From: Gemmatimonadales bacterium
GTDB lineage: Bacteria; Gemmatimonadota; Gemmatimonadetes; Gemmatimonadales; GWC2-71-9
Assembly: GCA_013813675.1 (NCBI GenBank)
Contig: JACCRH010000346.1
Coordinates: 1-34,218 of the forward strand
DNA: 34,218 nt
Reading direction: 5' to 3'
In this document: positions 32,036-34,218 of the stretch, in pieces
How the letters are laid out: each line of letters opens with the position of its first letter
Position numbering within the stretch: position 1 is the stretch's first letter
The notes under the pieces: generated by a model
What the model saw: only the letters and a program-made list of their open reading frames with translations
Databases searched by the model: none
Told to the model about the DNA's origin: nothing
Position numbers and translations under genes: made by a program

Positions 32036-34126
32036 TTGTCCCCCAATCGTCTCGGCAACGCCGCCTCCGCCTACCTCCAGTCGGCGGCGCACCAGCCGAT
32101 CCATTGGTATCCCTGGGGCACCGATGCCTTCTCCGCGGCCCGAGGGCAGGACCGGCCGGTGCTGCTCGACATCGGCGCGGTGTGGTGCCACTGGTGTCAC
32201 GTGATGGACGGCGAGTCCTACGAAGACCCCGCGCTGGCCCAGTACCTCAACGACAACTTTATCTGCATCAAGGTGGACCGGGACGAACGGCCGGACGTGG
32301 ACGCGCGGTACCAGCGCGCGGTCCAGGCGTTCACCCGGCAGGGCGGCTGGCCGCTCACGGCGTTCCTGACGCCGGAGGGCGAGGTGTTCTACGGGGGCAC
32401 CTATTTCCCCCCTGAAGGAAAGTACGGGCAGCCGGGATTCCGCACGGTGCTCGGAAGCGTGCTCGAGGCGTATCGCTCCCGGCGGGGGCAAGTGGAGGCG
32501 CAGGCGCAGGCGATCCGCCGAGTGCTCGACGCCCATCTCGACGAGAGCGCGCCGGGGGAGCCGTCGGCGGCGCTGTTGACCGAAGCGGAGAATCAGATCG
32601 CCCGAGTGTTCGATCCGGTCCATGGGGGGTTCGGCAGCCAGCCGAAATTCCCCCATCCCGGCGCGGTGACCCTCCTGCTCCATCGCTGGCACGACCAGCC
32701 CGGCGACGAGATCCGGCGCATCATCGATCGAACGCTCGAAGGCATGGCTCGGGGCGGGATGTACGACCAGCTGGGCGGAGGGTTCCACCGCTACAGCGTG
32801 GACGCGAAGTGGATCGTGCCGCATTTCGAAAAGATGTCGTACGACAACTCGGAGCTGCTGAAGGCGTATCTCGACGCCCACGCGGCGTTCGGAATCGAGG
32901 AGTACGCCGAGGTGGCGCGGGGGATCGTGCGCTGGGTCCGTGAGGTCGCCTCGGACCCCGAGGCCGGCTACGCCGCGAGCCAGGATGCCGACGTCGGCCT
33001 GGACGACGACGGCGACTACTTCACCTGGACGAGGGAGGAGGCCGCCGCGGTCCTCTCGGGGGACGAGCTGGACGTGGCCGCCGCATTCTACGACATCGGC
33101 ACCGCGGGCGAGATGCATCACAATCCGGGCAAGAACGTCCTCTTCGTCGCGGCGCCGCTGCCGGCGGTAGCTCGGCTCACCGGTCTCACGGAGGACGCCG
33201 CCAGGCTGCTGCTCGCGTCCGCGCGGCGGAAGCTGCTCGAGGCCAGAGCCCTCCGACCCGCGCCGTTCATCGACCGCACCCGTTACGCCAACTGGAATGC
33301 GATGATGGCGTCGGCGATGCTGCGTGCCTGGGCGGTGCTGGGCGATGCCCGGGCCCGCAGTCACGCGCTCGCGACGCTCGCGCTGCTGCGGCGCGAGAGC
33401 CCGGAGCCCGACGCCTTGTCCCACACCCCTGGCGGCGTCACCGGCCTGGTGGATGACCAGGTGCAGGCGGCCGCGGCGGCGCTCGACGCCTACGAAGCCA
33501 CCGGCGACCGGGAGTGGCTGCACTGGGGCGAGCGGCTCATGGCGCGGGTCTGGAAGGACTACTGGGACGATGCCGCGGGTGGATTGTTCGACACTGCCCG
33601 CGGCCGGAGCGGCGAGGAGGGTCTGCTCCCCGCTCGGGTCAAGCCGGTGCAGGACACACCCACGCCGTCGCCCAACGGGGTCGCGGGCATCACCTTCACG
33701 CGGCTGCACGAGCTGACTGGCGAAGCGCTCTGGCGCGAGCGGGCGGGTGCGCTGGCCTCGGCCTTCGCCGGCGGTGCCGCCGACCTCGGGCTTCACGGCT
33801 CGGCCTTCCTGCTGGCGCTCGACTGGTACCTCAATCCCACCACCCACCTGGTGGTGATCGGCGAGGAGGGCGACGAAACCGCCGCTGCGATGCACCGGGT
33901 GGCGCTCGCCGGCTTCGCGCCCCGGCGGGTGGTACAGCGGCTCACGCCGGCGCAAGCCGGGCCAGGCAAGCTGCCGCCGGCGCTGGCGGGTATGCTGGCG
34001 GCAGGAGCGGGGACGCGAGGCTATGCCTGCATCGGCACGAGCTGCAGCCTTCCGGTCTCGACGCTCGCTGACTGGGAGCGTCAGGTGTCGGCAATCAGTC
34101 GGCAGAGTAGTGTGTCATCATCCTGA
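32036..34126 (+). CDS. Thioredoxin-domain (DUF255) plus six-hairpin glycosidase-like protein (YyaL / SSP411 family)
   Basis: TTG start at 32036. The N-terminus (M)SPNRLGNAASAYLQSAAHQPIHWYPWG and VWCHWCHVMDGESYED match the family. Its TGA stop (34124-34126) lies inside repeat copy D. Confidence 0.9.
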   Translation: MSPNRLGNAASAYLQSAAHQPIHWYPWGTDAFSAARGQDRPVLLDIGAVWCHWCHVMDGESYEDPALAQYLNDNFICIKVDRDERPDVDARYQRAVQAFTRQGGWPLTAFLTPEGEVFYGGTYFPPEGKYGQPGFRTVLGSVLEAYRSRRGQVEAQAQAIRRVLDAHLDESAPGEPSAALLTEAENQIARVFDPVHGGFGSQPKFPHPGAVTLLLHRWHDQPGDEIRRIIDRTLEGMARGGMYDQLGGGFHRYSVDAKWIVPHFEKMSYDNSELLKAYLDAHAAFGIEEYAEVARGIVRWVREVASDPEAGYAASQDADVGLDDDGDYFTWTREEAAAVLSGDELDVAAAFYDIGTAGEMHHNPGKNVLFVAAPLPAVARLTGLTEDAARLLLASARRKLLEARALRPAPFIDRTRYANWNAMMASAMLRAWAVLGDARARSHALATLALLRRESPEPDALSHTPGGVTGLVDDQVQAAAAALDAYEATGDREWLHWGERLMARVWKDYWDDAAGGLFDTARGRSGEEGLLPARVKPVQDTPTPSPNGVAGITFTRLHELTGEALWRERAGALASAFAGGAADLGLHGSAFLLALDWYLNPTTHLVVIGEEGDETAAAMHRVALAGFAPRRVVQRLTPAQAGPGKLPPALAGMLAAGAGTRGYACIGTSCSLPVSTLADWERQVSAISRQSSVSSS

Positions 34127-34218
34127 GCGGAGCAGTATGTCATCCTGAGCGGCACTGTCATCCTGAGCGGAGCGAAGGAGCCGAAGCGCCGCTCAGCCTC
34201 CTTCGCTCCGCTCAGGAT
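34114..34218. repeat. REP/MITE-like palindromic element, copy D, with a triplicated left arm (cut by the window end)
   Basis: CATCCTGAGCGG occurs at 34119-34130. GTCATCCTGAGCGG occurs at 34139-34152. GTCATCCTGAGCGGAGCGAAGGAG occurs at 34157-34180. A loop and CTCCTTCGCTCCGCTCAGGAT (34198-34218) follow. Confidence 0.85.

Noticed and set aside
34114-34180. Three closely spaced GTCATCCTGAGCGG copies, considered as a mini-CRISPR
   Set aside because: The units are about 14 nt with spacers of about 5-8 nt, far too short and irregular for CRISPR. They are the multiplied left arm of the REP-like palindrome.
1-34218. Search for mobile elements, defence systems, tRNA/rRNA genes and prophage signatures
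   Set aside because: I recognised no transposase, integrase, recombinase, restriction, toxin-antitoxin or Cas-like protein motifs in any frame. I found no tRNA-like or rRNA-like sequence. The window looks like core chromosome plus a metabolic island without visible boundaries.

Overview
High-GC bacterial chromosomal window. I found no rRNA, tRNA, CRISPR array, transposase or integrase. It has three blocks. (1) 0.5-15.3 kb is a cofactor-biosynthesis cluster for tetrahydromethanopterin (H4MPT) / methanofuran-type C1 carriers. It encodes a RimK-type ATP-grasp ligase, a CitG-like triphosphoribosyl-dephospho-CoA synthase, a PTPS/QueD-like protein, a HisA/HisF-like protein, a hydantoinase-like protein, an amino-acid-kinase-like protein, MfnB, an SDR, pterin-4a-carbinolamine dehydratase, a dihydropteroate-synthase-like protein, PabB, PabA, DUF447 and the RFAP synthase MptG. 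A large GGDEF-EAL sensor gene on the opposite strand interrupts it. (2) 15.3-22.4 kb starts with an unusually long non-coding stretch of about 690 nt that opens with a near-consensus sigma70 promoter. A XoxF-type (lanthanide signature DYDG) PQQ methanol dehydrogenase operon follows: xoxF, xoxJ-like binding protein, c-type cytochrome, pentapeptide-repeat protein, YVTN beta-propeller, then two tandem paralogous secreted Cys-rich proteins with a JAB/MPN-like E...HxH...SxxD pattern. (3) 22.4-34.2 kb is mostly housekeeping: M3 peptidase, DoxX, prolyl oligopeptidase, PfkA, an OmpA-family protein with TSP3 repeats, a DUF4015 glycoside-hydrolase-like protein, a cytochrome c and a DUF255 thioredoxin-domain protein. 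The best hidden signal is a small minus-strand gene upstream of pfkA that the ORF track splits. It is an Rdx/SelW-like protein with an in-frame TGA at the CxxU position and a SECIS-like hairpin right after it. A REP/MITE-like palindromic element (GTCAYCCTGAGCG...CGCTCAGGATGAC) occurs at four intergenic sites and supplies start and stop codons to flanking genes. All functional calls rest on motif recognition by eye. No database search was run.
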